Source: Neovahlkampfia damariscottae
Taxonomy: Eukaryota
Direction: 5' to 3'
Assembly: GCA_016618085.1 (NCBI GenBank)
Contig: JABLTG010000162.1
Coordinates: 1 to 42,971 of the forward strand
DNA: 42,971 bases
Shown in pieces: positions 1 to 10,832 of this stretch. Positions within the stretch are counted from its first letter, which is position 1, and each line of letters opens with the position of its first letter. Position numbers and translations under genes: made by a program. The notes below the pieces were generated by a model. That model had not been told where the DNA came from. It did no database searches and saw only the letters and a program-made list of their open reading frames with translations.

Positions 1-5
1 TTATA

Positions 6-944
6 ATGTCTGAATTACTTTCCAAAAACATTAAAAAAAGATTAAATATAAATGAGAAAGAGTCCAAACATGTTCAAGATTTGATGAAGGGAGTAAAAAA
101 GGATAAGGCGATAAATACACCGCACCACACTGCAAATGAAAGAGATTCTATTCACCAACTAGATTTATTATTTCTTCCGCACGATAACAAGCAGAAGTAT
201 GCGTTAACTGTAATTGATGTATTTTCAAGACACGCAGATTCCGAACCAATTTCTACAAAAACGCCAGAAAAAATAGTTGAAGCATTAAAAAAGATATATC
301 AAAGAAATTATTTAAATATTCCGAAACACTTTTTGCAAGTTGATAGTGGGTCAGAATTTAAAGGTGCATTTAACAAATTTGCAAAAGATAATAAAATTGG
401 AATTCGTCGTTCATTACCGAATCGCCACAGACAACAAGCAGTTGTTGAAAGTTTCAATGGAATTCTTGGTAAAATTATATTTGAGTTACAGGCTATTGAA
501 GAATTAAAGAATAAACAAACCAATAGAAAATGGGTGTCCAATTTACCTCTGATTATTGAAGAATACAACAAACAAATTGATGAAAAGAAAGCAAGAAAAT
601 CAGAAACAAAACCAGCAAAATGTCAAGGAGATGCTTGTAAATTATTGGAAACTGGTGATATGGTGAGAGTAGCTTTGGATTACCCAATAAACCCAGCAAC
701 TGGAAAAAAACTGGATTCAAAATTTAGAAAAACAGATATTAGATGGAGTGAAGAGCTTCATGAAATTGAAAATATAATATTAGCACCAAATCAGCCACCA
801 TTATATCAATTAAAAGGAATTCCAGCAAATTACACAAAAAATCAATTAAGAAAGGTAGAAACACCAAAAGTTGAAATTAAAGACGGTCAAAAATATATTG
901 GTTCAACTATTGTTAAATCCAGAAAAAAATATATAGATTTTTAA
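6..944 (+). CDS. Retroviral-type (rve, DDE) integrase of Polinton/PLV/virophage type
   Basis: Motifs HQLDLL...LTVIDVFSR, QVDSGSEF and QAVVESFNGIL give D-D-E. A C-terminal GDMVRV...WSEELHEI..I...P.LY.L SH3-like region is typical of Polinton integrases. The final residues may be a truncated chromodomain start. Confidence 0.92.
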   Translation: MSELLSKNIKKRLNINEKESKHVQDLMKGVKKDKAINTPHHTANERDSIHQLDLLFLPHDNKQKYALTVIDVFSRHADSEPISTKTPEKIVEALKKIYQRNYLNIPKHFLQVDSGSEFKGAFNKFAKDNKIGIRRSLPNRHRQQAVVESFNGILGKIIFELQAIEELKNKQTNRKWVSNLPLIIEEYNKQIDEKKARKSETKPAKCQGDACKLLETGDMVRVALDYPINPATGKKLDSKFRKTDIRWSEELHEIENIILAPNQPPLYQLKGIPANYTKNQLRKVETPKVEIKDGQKYIGSTIVKSRKKYIDF

Positions 945-990
945 ATTAAAAAACTACTTAAAAAAATATCTCAATATTAATATATAGAAA

Positions 991-2662
991 ATGTTATCAA
1001 AAGATATTAAATTTGTTAAAGAAGATTTATTAAGTTATGAAGAATTAAAAAAAGTCATTACAGAAAAAATAGCAATCAATAAAGCTAAAATAATATCTTC
1101 AAAATTGAACAAAACATTAATAATTCAAGGAAACGAATTTTATTTGTATGACAGAGAACTAAAATTGTATAAAAAGCAAACTTACAAAGATAAGGAACAA
1201 TGTAATAATGGAGTAATTTATATTGTATCTTTATTGATAAAAGAATCTTATGAAAATTTAGAAGAAGTTTCTAAAGACAATTTGGAAACATATAAAAAGG
1301 GTTTTGAAGCAATTTTTCAAAATGGGAGTATTTTAAAATATTTTCCTCAATTGAAAGTTGAATTAACAGATAAAGAACTTTGATAAACAACATATAAATG
1401 AAATTCACTTTTTGAATGGATATTTTGATTTAAAAAATGGAGAATTTAAAGAAAGAGAAGAATATTGCAGAATTACAGACTGTATTAACAGAAATTACGA
1501 AAAACCAAAGAAAAAATCAATGGAAAAAGTAAAAGAACTGTTAAGTATGATATATCCAAATAAAGATGACAAAAATTATTTAATGATGACAATAGCAACA
1601 GCATTATGTGGAATTGCAACCATGGACCAGTCAATTTTATTTCTTTTGGGTAAAGGTTCATCTGGAAAATCAACAGTAATGAAAATGTTAAAAAATTCAA
1701 TTGGAATGTATTTTGTGGAATTAAAATCTGATACTTTTGTGATGGGAAATCAAAAAGCAGACAAAATATTAAATACTTTATTGGAAAAACCACATGCAAG
1801 ATTAATTTGGGTGAATGAATTAGCAGATAAAAAAATGGATGATTCATTATTTAAATCTGTATGTGAAGGAACAGCTCAAACCACAAGATTATTTCAAGAT
1901 GGAGTTACAGAAATTCAAATGAATGCTTTGATTATGATTACAGCAAATACATTTCCGAGCATTAAAATAGATTCTGGAGTTGTTTGTCGTATTAAATCTC
2001 ATACTCACATGTCGGAGTTTGTTGATGAAGAAAATAAAGTTGACAAAGAAAATAATATTTATTTAAAAGACAAATATTTAGAAGAAAAAATGAGAGATGA
2101 TGGAATGGCAAATGCATTTTTAAAATACGTTGCAAATTATGCAAAGAAATATTACAAAGGAATAAGATATGAAGCCACACAAAATTTTAAAGATACAAAA
2201 GAATGTATTACAAGTTCAAATGATACAATTCAAGATTATATTGATGTGAATTTAATAATTACAGAAGATGAAAAAGATAGAATTGGAAGAGACGAAATGA
2301 TACAAAATTTTAAATTAACAAATCCAAAATCTTTGATTACATGTATGCAATTAATTAATAGTTTAAAAGATAAAGGTATTAGATATGAGGGAACATTTAG
2401 ATACAAAAAATTGAAAGGTTGTTATCTTGGTGTAAAATTCAGTGAAAACAATGAATCAGATTCAGAAAGTGAAAATGAAGATAAACCAGATTATAAAACC
2501 AAATATGATGATTTATTAAAAAAATATCAAGAACTTGAAAGAAAATACAACCAATTAAAAATTAAACCACAAATCATTGAAGACATCCAAAAAGAAAGTA
2601 AAAAGAAAACTAAAAAAGTTGAAAAAGAAGATGAAGAACCTTTAATTGTTGATTTTTTGTAA
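991..2662 (+). CDS. D5-like superfamily-3 helicase (phage/PLV primase-helicase family), split by a +1 frame change at ~1378-1383
   Basis: ORF 991-1383 continues in the +1 frame as FDKQHINEIHFLNGYFDLKNGEF (D5_N-type motif). Walker A GKGSSGKST, Walker B LIWVNE and motif C ITANTFP are present. No primase catalytic motifs were recognised. Confidence 0.85.
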
Positions 2663-2718
2663 AATTAATTTTTTAAATATAAAAAATATAAAAATTAAAA
2701 TATATAGTAATATTATTA

Positions 2719-3578
2719 ATGAATCATCAAACTAATACATGGATCCATTTTAAATTAAATTTTATTAAAGAAGAAATTAAAAAAACAAGTGATGAAATTC
2801 ACGAAAGAATTTGATTTAATTATAATGATGATAATTAATTAAGCATTTTTTATGGTAAGCTTCCAAACATGTCCGAGGTTGGTTTGGAAGCTTTTTAACC
2901 AATAAAAAGTATCCATTTTTCCAATAATATTATAAAATAACCAAAGAAAGTTTTTGTCCAATTAAAACCAATGAACAAAGAAATAAATTTGAGTGCATCA
3001 TTTCAGTTTTCAAATATTGACGATACCAAATACGTGTAAGACATAAAACTTTTTGGTGGAAGAATAATGAAGATTGGAGCGACTTATGTTGTGTCTGACG
3101 GAACACCTACAAAAGCTGGTGGAATCAAAATTTCTTCTAAAGAATTGGATAAGTAATTATAATTTACTAATAAATAGAGCAATTAAAAAAAAAAAAAAAG
3201 AAGATTTTCTTGAAAAAAAATATTTAGAATTAAAAACACGCGTTACTGGAATAAATTTAGATGAAAAAGACATTGAAATAAAAATAATCAATAAACAAAA
3301 AAGTAAAAAAGAAGATTATGAAGAAGAAAAAATTGAAGAATTAAAAAAACACTTTGATAATATGAATTTAGAGGAAGAAGACATTGAAATAAAAAAAATT
3401 AACCCAAAGGAAATTTTAAAAAAAATAATTAAGTGAAGTAGAAGAACTCTTTAAAAAGTTTAAGATCAGCGAAGAACAATTATCCAAAATAAAAAATGAA
3501 GTCAAAATTGAAGTCAATATTGGAATAAATGTCAAATCTGAACAAATGGAAAGTGAAAAACAATCTGAAGAAAAATAA
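2719..3578 (+). pseudogene. Degenerate element ORF remnants (K/E-rich, multiple stops and frameshifts)
   Basis: ATG at 2719 follows an AT-rich TATATA leader. Coding-like stretches are interrupted by stops. The 3074-3436 ORF continues by frameshift to a TAA at 3576-3578. Confidence 0.4.
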
Positions 3579-3660
3579 ATAATTAAGTTTTTCTCCACAA
3601 CCATCTACTTGAAAATCGGCTTGTCAGTAGTTGTCGCTAACATTCAGTCTCAACTCCAAT

Positions 3661-4135
3661 ACCCCCAATAATTGTTGCCGACATTCAGTTACCAGTTTTT
3701 ATTGTCCGGTCATCTGGTAGGTTGGTCAGCCCTTAAAATCCTTTCCTGTAAAATTGACCATTTTTTAAAAGTTTCAGATTTTCCTAAAACCACCTTACCA
3801 TTTTACCACGAATTTTATTTTACCATTTTTTATTTTCCGGTTATGTGGTCGGGTGGTCAGACCATCTAAACCTTCCCTGTAAAATTGAACCATTTTTTAA
3901 AATTTTATAAAATTCCAAAAACCACCTTACCATTTTACCAGTTCCTTATCTTATTCCTTTTTGTTATAAATTAAATGGTAAAATGGTAATTGTAAATTAA
4001 AGTAATAAATTAAATGTTTCAATTAGATTGGAGTTATTAAATTGCTCAGGGCGAAGCTGGAAGAGAAACCGTCAGGTTTTGAATTTCCGTCTTTTTGTAA
4101 ATAAATTTATTTATTCACAACTTCCCGCCACACAT
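3661..4135. repeat. Terminal inverted repeat of the element, with two ~131-bp tandem subrepeats
   Basis: Reverse complement aligns along its length with 42179-42656. Subunits start with TCCGGT at 3705 and 3836, and each contains CCTGTAAAATTGA and ACCACCTTACCATTTTACCA. Confidence 0.93.
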
Positions 4136-5080
4136 ATCTTTCACGGCATCCATCCATGTTACCCAGCGTCAACCCTTCAAAATTTTTTCTGCTCTTTTTT
4201 CTTCCTCTGATTCATCTCGAACCACATGAATTATTGATTGATTTTCTTGTTGTAAATCTGATGTGACTTGTTTGTTGACATGGTTTTTTGTTTTTGTGTC
4301 TTTCGATTAAATTCGGTCTATATATTGATATCTGAAAAGAAACTTACTCTGAAAAACGAATTATCTTTCATAAACTAAATCCATTTCAAAACAGCTAATA
4401 CCAAAGAAAGAATTGAAACTATTTATTTAATTTCGAAAAACAAATTTGGATAAAAGTTAGATTCAACGGTTTCGTTTTGCTCCAAGAGGTTTCAAAAAAG
4501 TTTTTTTTTTGTCGCAGAAAAATTCGGTTGTTTTCACAAGAATGTAAGATATGGAAACAAACTGGAATGAAAAGCAAAGAAAATAAACATTTTTCGGAGG
4601 AAATTGAAGTTTTTGTTCTTTTGGAAAATGATAAATTCTGATAGGTGAAAGAAGTGCTCAAAAAAACTGTTTTAAAGGTTGTGAAAAATTAATGGTCACC
4701 GAAAGTATGTTGAAAAAGTAATGACGGAATATGAAGTTCCTGAAGATTGATAGATGTTGATAAAGTGAATAAATTTTGTTATTGTAAAGCAAGTTAAGTT
4801 TGAGATGTTGAAAAAGAATCACCACCAATTGTGAGAAAAAAGTAAAATTTTGAACATTGTGTTTGGATTGGGTCACTGGACTGGTAAAATGGATTGGTGC
4901 CATCTTTCAGTTTCCAAGATGTTCAACTCTAATTTTTATTCAGTTGTTATTATTTCAATGAGCATGGGTGTTTGGAATAAGTTGTTTGTGTTTGTTAAAA
5001 ACAAGCTTGACAAAGTTAGTCCTGGTATGTTGTACCTGAACTGTTTATTTAAGACTTTAAACTCAGACAAAAACCGTTAA
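4136..5080 (-). pseudogene. Decayed intron-containing ORF cut by the element end; possibly the 5' part of a MULE-like transposase
   Basis: Minus strand reads ...VVRDESEEEKRAEKILKG*RWVTWMDAVK up to the junction, with a 30-nt GT-AG intron at 4318-4347 and an upstream QNETVESNF resembling the MULE catalytic-E motif. The upstream boundary is approximate. Confidence 0.35.
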
Positions 5081-5377
5081 AAATCACGGGTATTTTTTGA
5101 TACTTTGCATTGGTTAAAGAGTGAAGATGGTTATTCCATACAGCCAAATGATTGGTCATTTCACTTTATGATATGAATACGAGTTATTCTATACACATTT
5201 CAATCATGGTATGATCATATACCAGTTATTCTATACAATGGGTACCATTTGAATATTTTTGTTTGTCACTAACAAACAATTGAAAAACCAGTGATTGGTG
5301 ATTGGATGTGGTTCTAATTTTTCATTGGCTATAGAAGCAATGAGAAAAACATCAAAATAAAAATAACAACCAACATC

Positions 5378-5925
5378 ATGAGCGAAAAAACAACTCCTTC
5401 AAAAATGAATGAAATTTTTGATGATCTCAGTCCAATGCATCCAGAATTGTTCAACTTATTTGATGATCAAGAAGAATGTCAGATCCCTGAAAGTACACCC
5501 AAGATCAGTACAATATTTAAAGTATCAACACTTTTCACTGTCTCATCATCACCTACGAAAGACACATCAAAAAAATGCATATCCCTTCCTTCAGTAGTCT
5601 CAAGAAAAACACATCAAAAAAAAAACAATTGTCGAGTGTCACAAAAGAAAAACTATTCTCTTGACAAAACCAGATCACACTTACCAAAAAGATGTGGTGA
5701 ACCAAGTTGCAGTGACGGCAACACTATTTGACTGTGGAAGAAGCTGTAGCTAAAAAACACATTTTCAGAACCATGTATCGTAAAAGTGCATACTGTCCTT
5801 GTGGAAATACTGTTCAGTATTTTTTTCATGGAAAATGGACAAGAAGTTCTAACGTTACAAAACTTAGTCAATCAAATGCACAACCTCAAAGAGTTAGAAA
5901 AAATAAAACCATGAAGAAAAAATAA
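5378..5925 (+). pseudogene. Frameshifted hypothetical gene with a Cys cluster (possible Zn-binding)
   Basis: Abutting ORFs 5378-5731 and 5728-5925 give CGEPSC...YCPCG. An ATTGG box lies at 5324. Confidence 0.35.
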
Positions 5926-6017
5926 AGATTCATTTTGAAAAATCTGCATCACTATTTAAAATTGAAGTTTTTTGGATGGATTTGATTGGTCATTTCCATT
6001 CAACAACAAAATTAACA

Positions 6018-7534
6018 ATGAGCGAAGAAGATAAAAAACCAAAAAAAGAAGAAACAAAAAAAGAGGAAATGTCAGAAAAAAAAAGACAAAAAAATCAAAC
6101 TGGTAGAAAAGGTATGATTTTAACAGATCCAATTTCTGGTACACGTGATTTCTTACCAGAAGAAATGAGAATTAGAAATTGGTTATTTGATCACTTCAAA
6201 GAAGTTTCAAGAGTCTTTGGATTTGAAGAATATGATGCACCAATTTTAGGTGAAAAAAATTTTGTTTTCTAAAATTCTTTTTTTAGAACCTGATGAATTA
6301 TATAAAAGAAAAGCAGGTGAAGAAATTACAGAACAAATGTACAACTTCAAAGATAAAACTGGATTAGAAGTTTCTTTAAGACCTGAAATGACACCTTCAT
6401 TAGCAAGATTAATTCTCAAAGAAGGAAAAGCTTTAGTTATGCCAATCAAATGGTCCGGAATTTTTCAATGTTGGAGATATGAAACAGTTACAAAAGGAAG
6501 AAAGAGGGAACATTATCAATGGAACATGGATATCTGGGGTATTAAGCATGTAACAGCTGAAGCAGAACTTATTTCCTCATTGGTTAGTTTCTTTCAAAAT
6601 GTTGGTTTATCATCAAAAGAGATTGAAATTAGATTTTCATCAAGAAAAATTCTTCAAATAATTATTGATTCTTTGAACATTTCTGATGATAAATTTGAAA
6701 AATGTTGTGTAAAAATTGAACCAATCATTTCTCAATTTTTTTGAATAGGTCATTGTTGATAAATTGGATAAGTTATCACACTCTGAAGTTATTGATCAAC
6801 TGTTAAAAATTGATGTTGATGAAAAATCTGCAAAAGAAATGATTTCAGTTTTATCAACAAAATCATTGGACGAATTAGAACAAAAACTTAACTCTGAAAA
6901 CAATGAAGGATTGAAAGAATTAAAAACATTTTTTGAATTAATCAAAAGTTATGGAATTGAAGATTGGGTTAAATTTGATGCTTCCATTGTCAGAGGATTA
7001 AGTTATTATACAGGAATTGTTTTTGAAGCATTTCCAACTCAAGAAATTCAAAAAAAAAGTGGAGTTAAACGTGCTATTTGTGGAGGTGGTAGATATGATA
7101 AAATCTTATCTATTTATAAAGCAAAAAAAAATATTGAAGCTTGTGGATTTGGTTTTGGAGATTGTGTTATTATTGAATTATTAAACTACTTAAAATTAAT
7201 TCCAGATTTTAAAAAGAGAAATGTTGATAATATTGTAGTTCCATTTGATGAATCATTTCGTGGACCTGCTGTTGAAATCTTGACAAAATTAAGATTAAAT
7301 AAAAAATCAGCTGATATTATTTTACCAATGAAAGAAGGAAATAATAAAAGAGTGAATTTGAATCAAGCTTATTCATATGCGGATAGAATTGGTGCTGAAA
7401 AAGTTATTTTAATTGCTCCAGATGAATGGAAAGAAGGAAAAGTTAGAGTTAAATTTTTGAAGAAATCAAATTCAAAAGAAGAAGAAACTTCAAATGAAGT
7501 TACAATTTCAATTGAAGAATTATTAAAACTTTAA
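6018..7534 (+). CDS. HARS: Histidyl-tRNA synthetase (introns 6250-6286 and 6709-6748)
   Basis: GTRDF, LRPEMT, RYE...GRKREHYQWNMD, RGLSYYTG and GGGRYD motifs, plus an anticodon-binding domain. GT-AG introns restore the frame. Confidence 0.96.
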
Positions 7535-7747
7535 ATAAAAATTAGATTTCTCATGCTAAACTCAAATTAAATCTCAAAAGGCAAGTAAGGCGAAACAAAA
7601 AGAAAGGAGAATAGAGAATCTAAATTGTCATGAGAGAAATTGAATCAAGAAGGAAGACACTCCGAAACCTTTCACCAGTTACACTTCGAAAAAACTTAAA
7701 AATAGAAAAATAATTTTTGAAAAAAAAATTGTGGTTTCGAAAAATCT

Positions 7748-8997
7748 TTAATTTCCAAATAAAATACCAGCAGCAATTTCAACATTTCCTTTTGCCACAT
7801 CTAATGCTTTAATACTTTGATCTCTTGAAAATCCCAATCCAACTAAAGTCTTAATTTTACCCTCATCATGTTGTAGTGTTTGCTGAGTTTGTTGTTGAGG
7901 TGTAGGAAATGAAATATTACCATGTGTCTTTGGTGATTGTACTTCAATTGTATCATGATCTGGAATATCTTTCTCTTGTAAAAATGAAACAGTTTCATCA
8001 CCAATTTCCAATGCATTCTTTTTTAAATCAATTGAACATTGATGTCTTCTTAACATATCCAAACCCAAAAGAAAATCAATTCCTTTTTGTTCTAAAACAG
8101 TAATACTAATATTAAAATAAGATTTTCCAATTGTCATTGTTGTTAAATGAATTCTTCCTAAAATTTTAGCAGTACCAACTCCTTGAGCCATTCCAGCCCA
8201 TCTTTTATCTAATAATCTCAATAAACCACATTTTTCTGCACATTCCTTTGTCATGATTGACATTTGAGCACCTGAATCAACAAATGCTTTTACAGATACA
8301 TTATTTACTTTTGCAGGAATGTATAACATTACAACTTTAGCAAATGATTCAGGTGTATGTTCTAATGCTTTTTCCATATTTTCTTCAATATTTCCTTGTT
8401 GAATTAATTCTTCAAGATGTTTTTGTGCTTCAATATCAAATGGATTAATTTGAATTCTTTTCATAAGTTCATCATGTTTAAATTTCTTTTTCAATGGTTC
8501 AATCATTTTATCAACTAATTGTTCATTTTGTGATAATACAGCTTGGCTAAATTGTGGTGGAAATTGTTGTAACATGTATTGGTTTTGCCTCAAATGATTA
8601 ATTAAATCTTTAGTTGATGTTTTTAAGATATCTAAATTACCAAAAGGATTTTGATTATAATTTTGTTGTTGTTGTGGTTGTTGAGTTTGATAGTTATTAT
8701 AAATTTGTGGTTGAGTTCGTGGTTGTACTCTGAGCGCGGAGTTTTTTTAATTTTAATTTTGACTTACTTTTCTTCCAAGGAGAGAAGTTCATTAGTTTTT
8801 ATTCCGACTTGTTTTAATGTTACTTGGTTTTCTGAAAGTAATTTTCCTTCAAATTTCAAATTTTGATTTTCTAGTTTGATTTTAGAATCAACTTCAATTA
8901 AAGCTTTTAGATTTTCTATAGTTTCTTCTTGATCTACTTCATAATTAAAAATTGCATTTGTTCTTTCATTAATGACCGTGAGGTTTAAGACACCCAT
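7748..8997 (-). CDS. DDI1: DNA damage-inducible protein 1 (UBL + retroviral-like aspartyl protease + UBA); intron 8730-8767
   Basis: N-terminal ubiquitin-like exon, AFVDSGAQMSIM, LLGLDMLRRHQC and a C-terminal LGFSR..A UBA domain. Confidence 0.95.
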
Positions 8998-9155
8998 CTA
9001 TTCGTTTTATTTTTTTATTTTTAGTTTAAATTCCGCCAATAGAGAATTCTCTTCAATTTAACAATAAAAAAATTCCTAAAATTTCCGGAATTTCCAATTC
9101 AAAAATAAACTTGATTTTATCTTGATTTGCAGATATTCATTTTATTGGTCCAAAA

Positions 9156-9566
9156 ATGTTATTGAAGATTAACAAACAATTTTCTTTGTTAAAAAAAATT
9201 AAATTTTACTCTACAAATAAGAAACTAACGGGTAGAAAAATCAGATTAAATGCCTTTCAAGTTCAAGCTAGAATACAAAAAGGAGAATATATTGCAATAC
9301 CAAAAGATTCAGATTCTCAACAACCAAATTTTGATGGAAATCCTTTCTTGACCGTTTTTGAATATGATGAAACAGAAGATGATTTAAAAAATGAAAGAGG
9401 AGAAAAAAAATTGAAGTCTTCTCATTTTCTTCCAATTTTTCTTGTTTTATTGACTTTTTCTTATTTGGTTATTCTTTCAGCTCAACCTAAAGGATTGAAA
9501 CATGAATTAATAAAATTAAAAGAATACTGGCAAAACCAAATGAATTCAATTTTACCAAAAAAATAA
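9156..9566 (+). CDS. Small hypothetical membrane protein, possibly mitochondrial
   Basis: 136-aa ORF with a basic presequence-like N-terminus (KFYST), one hydrophobic helix and an ATTGG box at 9144. Confidence 0.6.
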   Translation: MLLKINKQFSLLKKIKFYSTNKKLTGRKIRLNAFQVQARIQKGEYIAIPKDSDSQQPNFDGNPFLTVFEYDETEDDLKNERGEKKLKSSHFLPIFLVLLTFSYLVILSAQPKGLKHELIKLKEYWQNQMNSILPKK

Positions 9567-9801
9567 AATTTTGAATTTCCACCCATCATATCTTCAAAAA
9601 AGTCAGCTTTTCCACCTCTTCTTTTATTTTTTAAACCAACAAAGTCTGTTATTTTTTCAAGCTCATGTAATTCATCTTCGTTAACAATTTCTGAAAAGTT
9701 TCTAGGTGAAGAAATGTTAGAAGTGAATGAAGCAGTTTTTAAATTTGAAAATGAACTTTTTTTTGAGAACCAATCAAATTGTTTTTTTAAAGTTTTAGAA
9801 G

Positions 9802-10832
9802 ATGAAAGTATCAAAAGATGGACGTCTCTCTTTGGCTTATAAAGGACTGTATGAAATACCAATTTATGACTTGGGTAAAAAGTGTGATCAAATAAAACAC
9901 TTAGATTTAAGTCACAATAATTTAACGTAAAAAATTAAAAAAATACTTTGACTTACTTTTTTAATAGAAATTTAGAAAGGATTGAATTTTTATCAAATTT
10001 AGAGAATTTAGTAGTTGATCATAATCGTTTAAAATCATCCAATTTAATGATTGGAGTTCCTTTAAAAAATTTAAAACTGCTCTGGGTAAGGAATTTAACA
10101 TTTTTAAATTGTTTCAAAAAAAAAAAGGTTAATGGAAATAAAATTACGAATTTATCAAGTTTTATAGATCAAATATCGAAATTTTGTCCAAATTTAAAAT
10201 GTCTTTCAATGCAGAAAAATAAAGCATGTCCAAATTTTTTCAATGGAGGTATGAAGGAAATAAAACTCAATATTAAATGAATAGGTTCTATTGAACAGTA
10301 TCAAGATTATAGACATTTTGTCATTTCTAGATTTCCAGATTTACAAGAATTGGATGTTTCACCTGTTACAACAGAAGAAAGAGAAGAAGCAATGAAGAAA
10401 TATGGTGATTTGAATATGACAAATTTAGTTGAAATTTATGAAGAAAAAAAGAAAAAAAAATTGGAAAAACTGAAATCTGAAAAATCAATGAAAAATTTAA
10501 AAGAAAAAACAAATACAACACCAACAACACCTGTTTCAACAACTCCTAAACCTTCAGTTGCACCAGAACCACCAAAAGAACAACCTTCTCAAAATCCAAA
10601 AACGAATCAAAATTCAAAAGAAGAAGTCAAAACAGAAACCATTGTAAAAGAAAAAATCGAAAAAAAACCAAAATTTAATTTTGATGAAACAGTTCCAACA
10701 CCATTTTTATTAGCCGGAAAATTACCAAAAGTTGATAAAAATGAAGAAGAAATGGATGAATTACCAGAAATTCAAGATTCAGACGAAGAAGAAGAAGAAA
10801 TTTTAAATGAATTAAAAAAAATAAAAACATAG
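9802..10832 (+). CDS. Leucine-rich-repeat protein (LRMDA-like, LRRcap) with charged C-terminal tail; 3 introns
   Basis: MKVSKDGRLSLAYKGL...LDLSHNNL, LVVDHNRL, LWVNGNKI, LSMQKNKACP and YRHFVISRFPDLQELD. Confidence 0.8.

Larger units (their letters stand above)
1..4135 (+). mobile_element. Right-hand part of an integrated Polinton-like virus/virophage-type DNA element (rve integrase + D5/SF3 helicase + long terminal inverted repeat); continues left of the window
   Basis: Intronless, co-oriented integrase and SF3 helicase genes, followed by a ~475-bp segment whose reverse complement recurs at 42179-42656 and ends in ...CCCGCCACACA. No capsid or polymerase gene is visible in the window, so the virus-versus-transposon assignment is inferred. 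Confidence 0.8.

Noticed and set aside
880..944. GQKYIGST resembles a GIY-YIG nuclease motif
   Set aside because: The ORF ends about a dozen residues later and lacks the rest of the domain. A truncated chromodomain start is equally plausible.
3705..3941. Repeats with intervening sequence, considered as CRISPR-like
   Set aside because: These are two full-length tandem units with no unique spacers, in a eukaryotic context with no cas genes.
4136..5080. In-frame TGA codons hinting at an alternative genetic code
   Set aside because: Intact host genes have no internal TGA and some end in TGA (GT49, phosphatase). Decay, possibly CGA>TGA, explains these stops.
7748..8997. Retroviral-like protease near an integrase, suggesting an LTR element
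   Set aside because: The UBL-protease-UBA layout with an intron is the ordinary host gene DDI1, and it lies outside the element's terminal repeat.
9482..9862. 126-aa minus-strand ORF with a protein-like middle part
   Set aside because: It has a non-ATG start, overlaps two better-supported genes and contains no recognisable motif.
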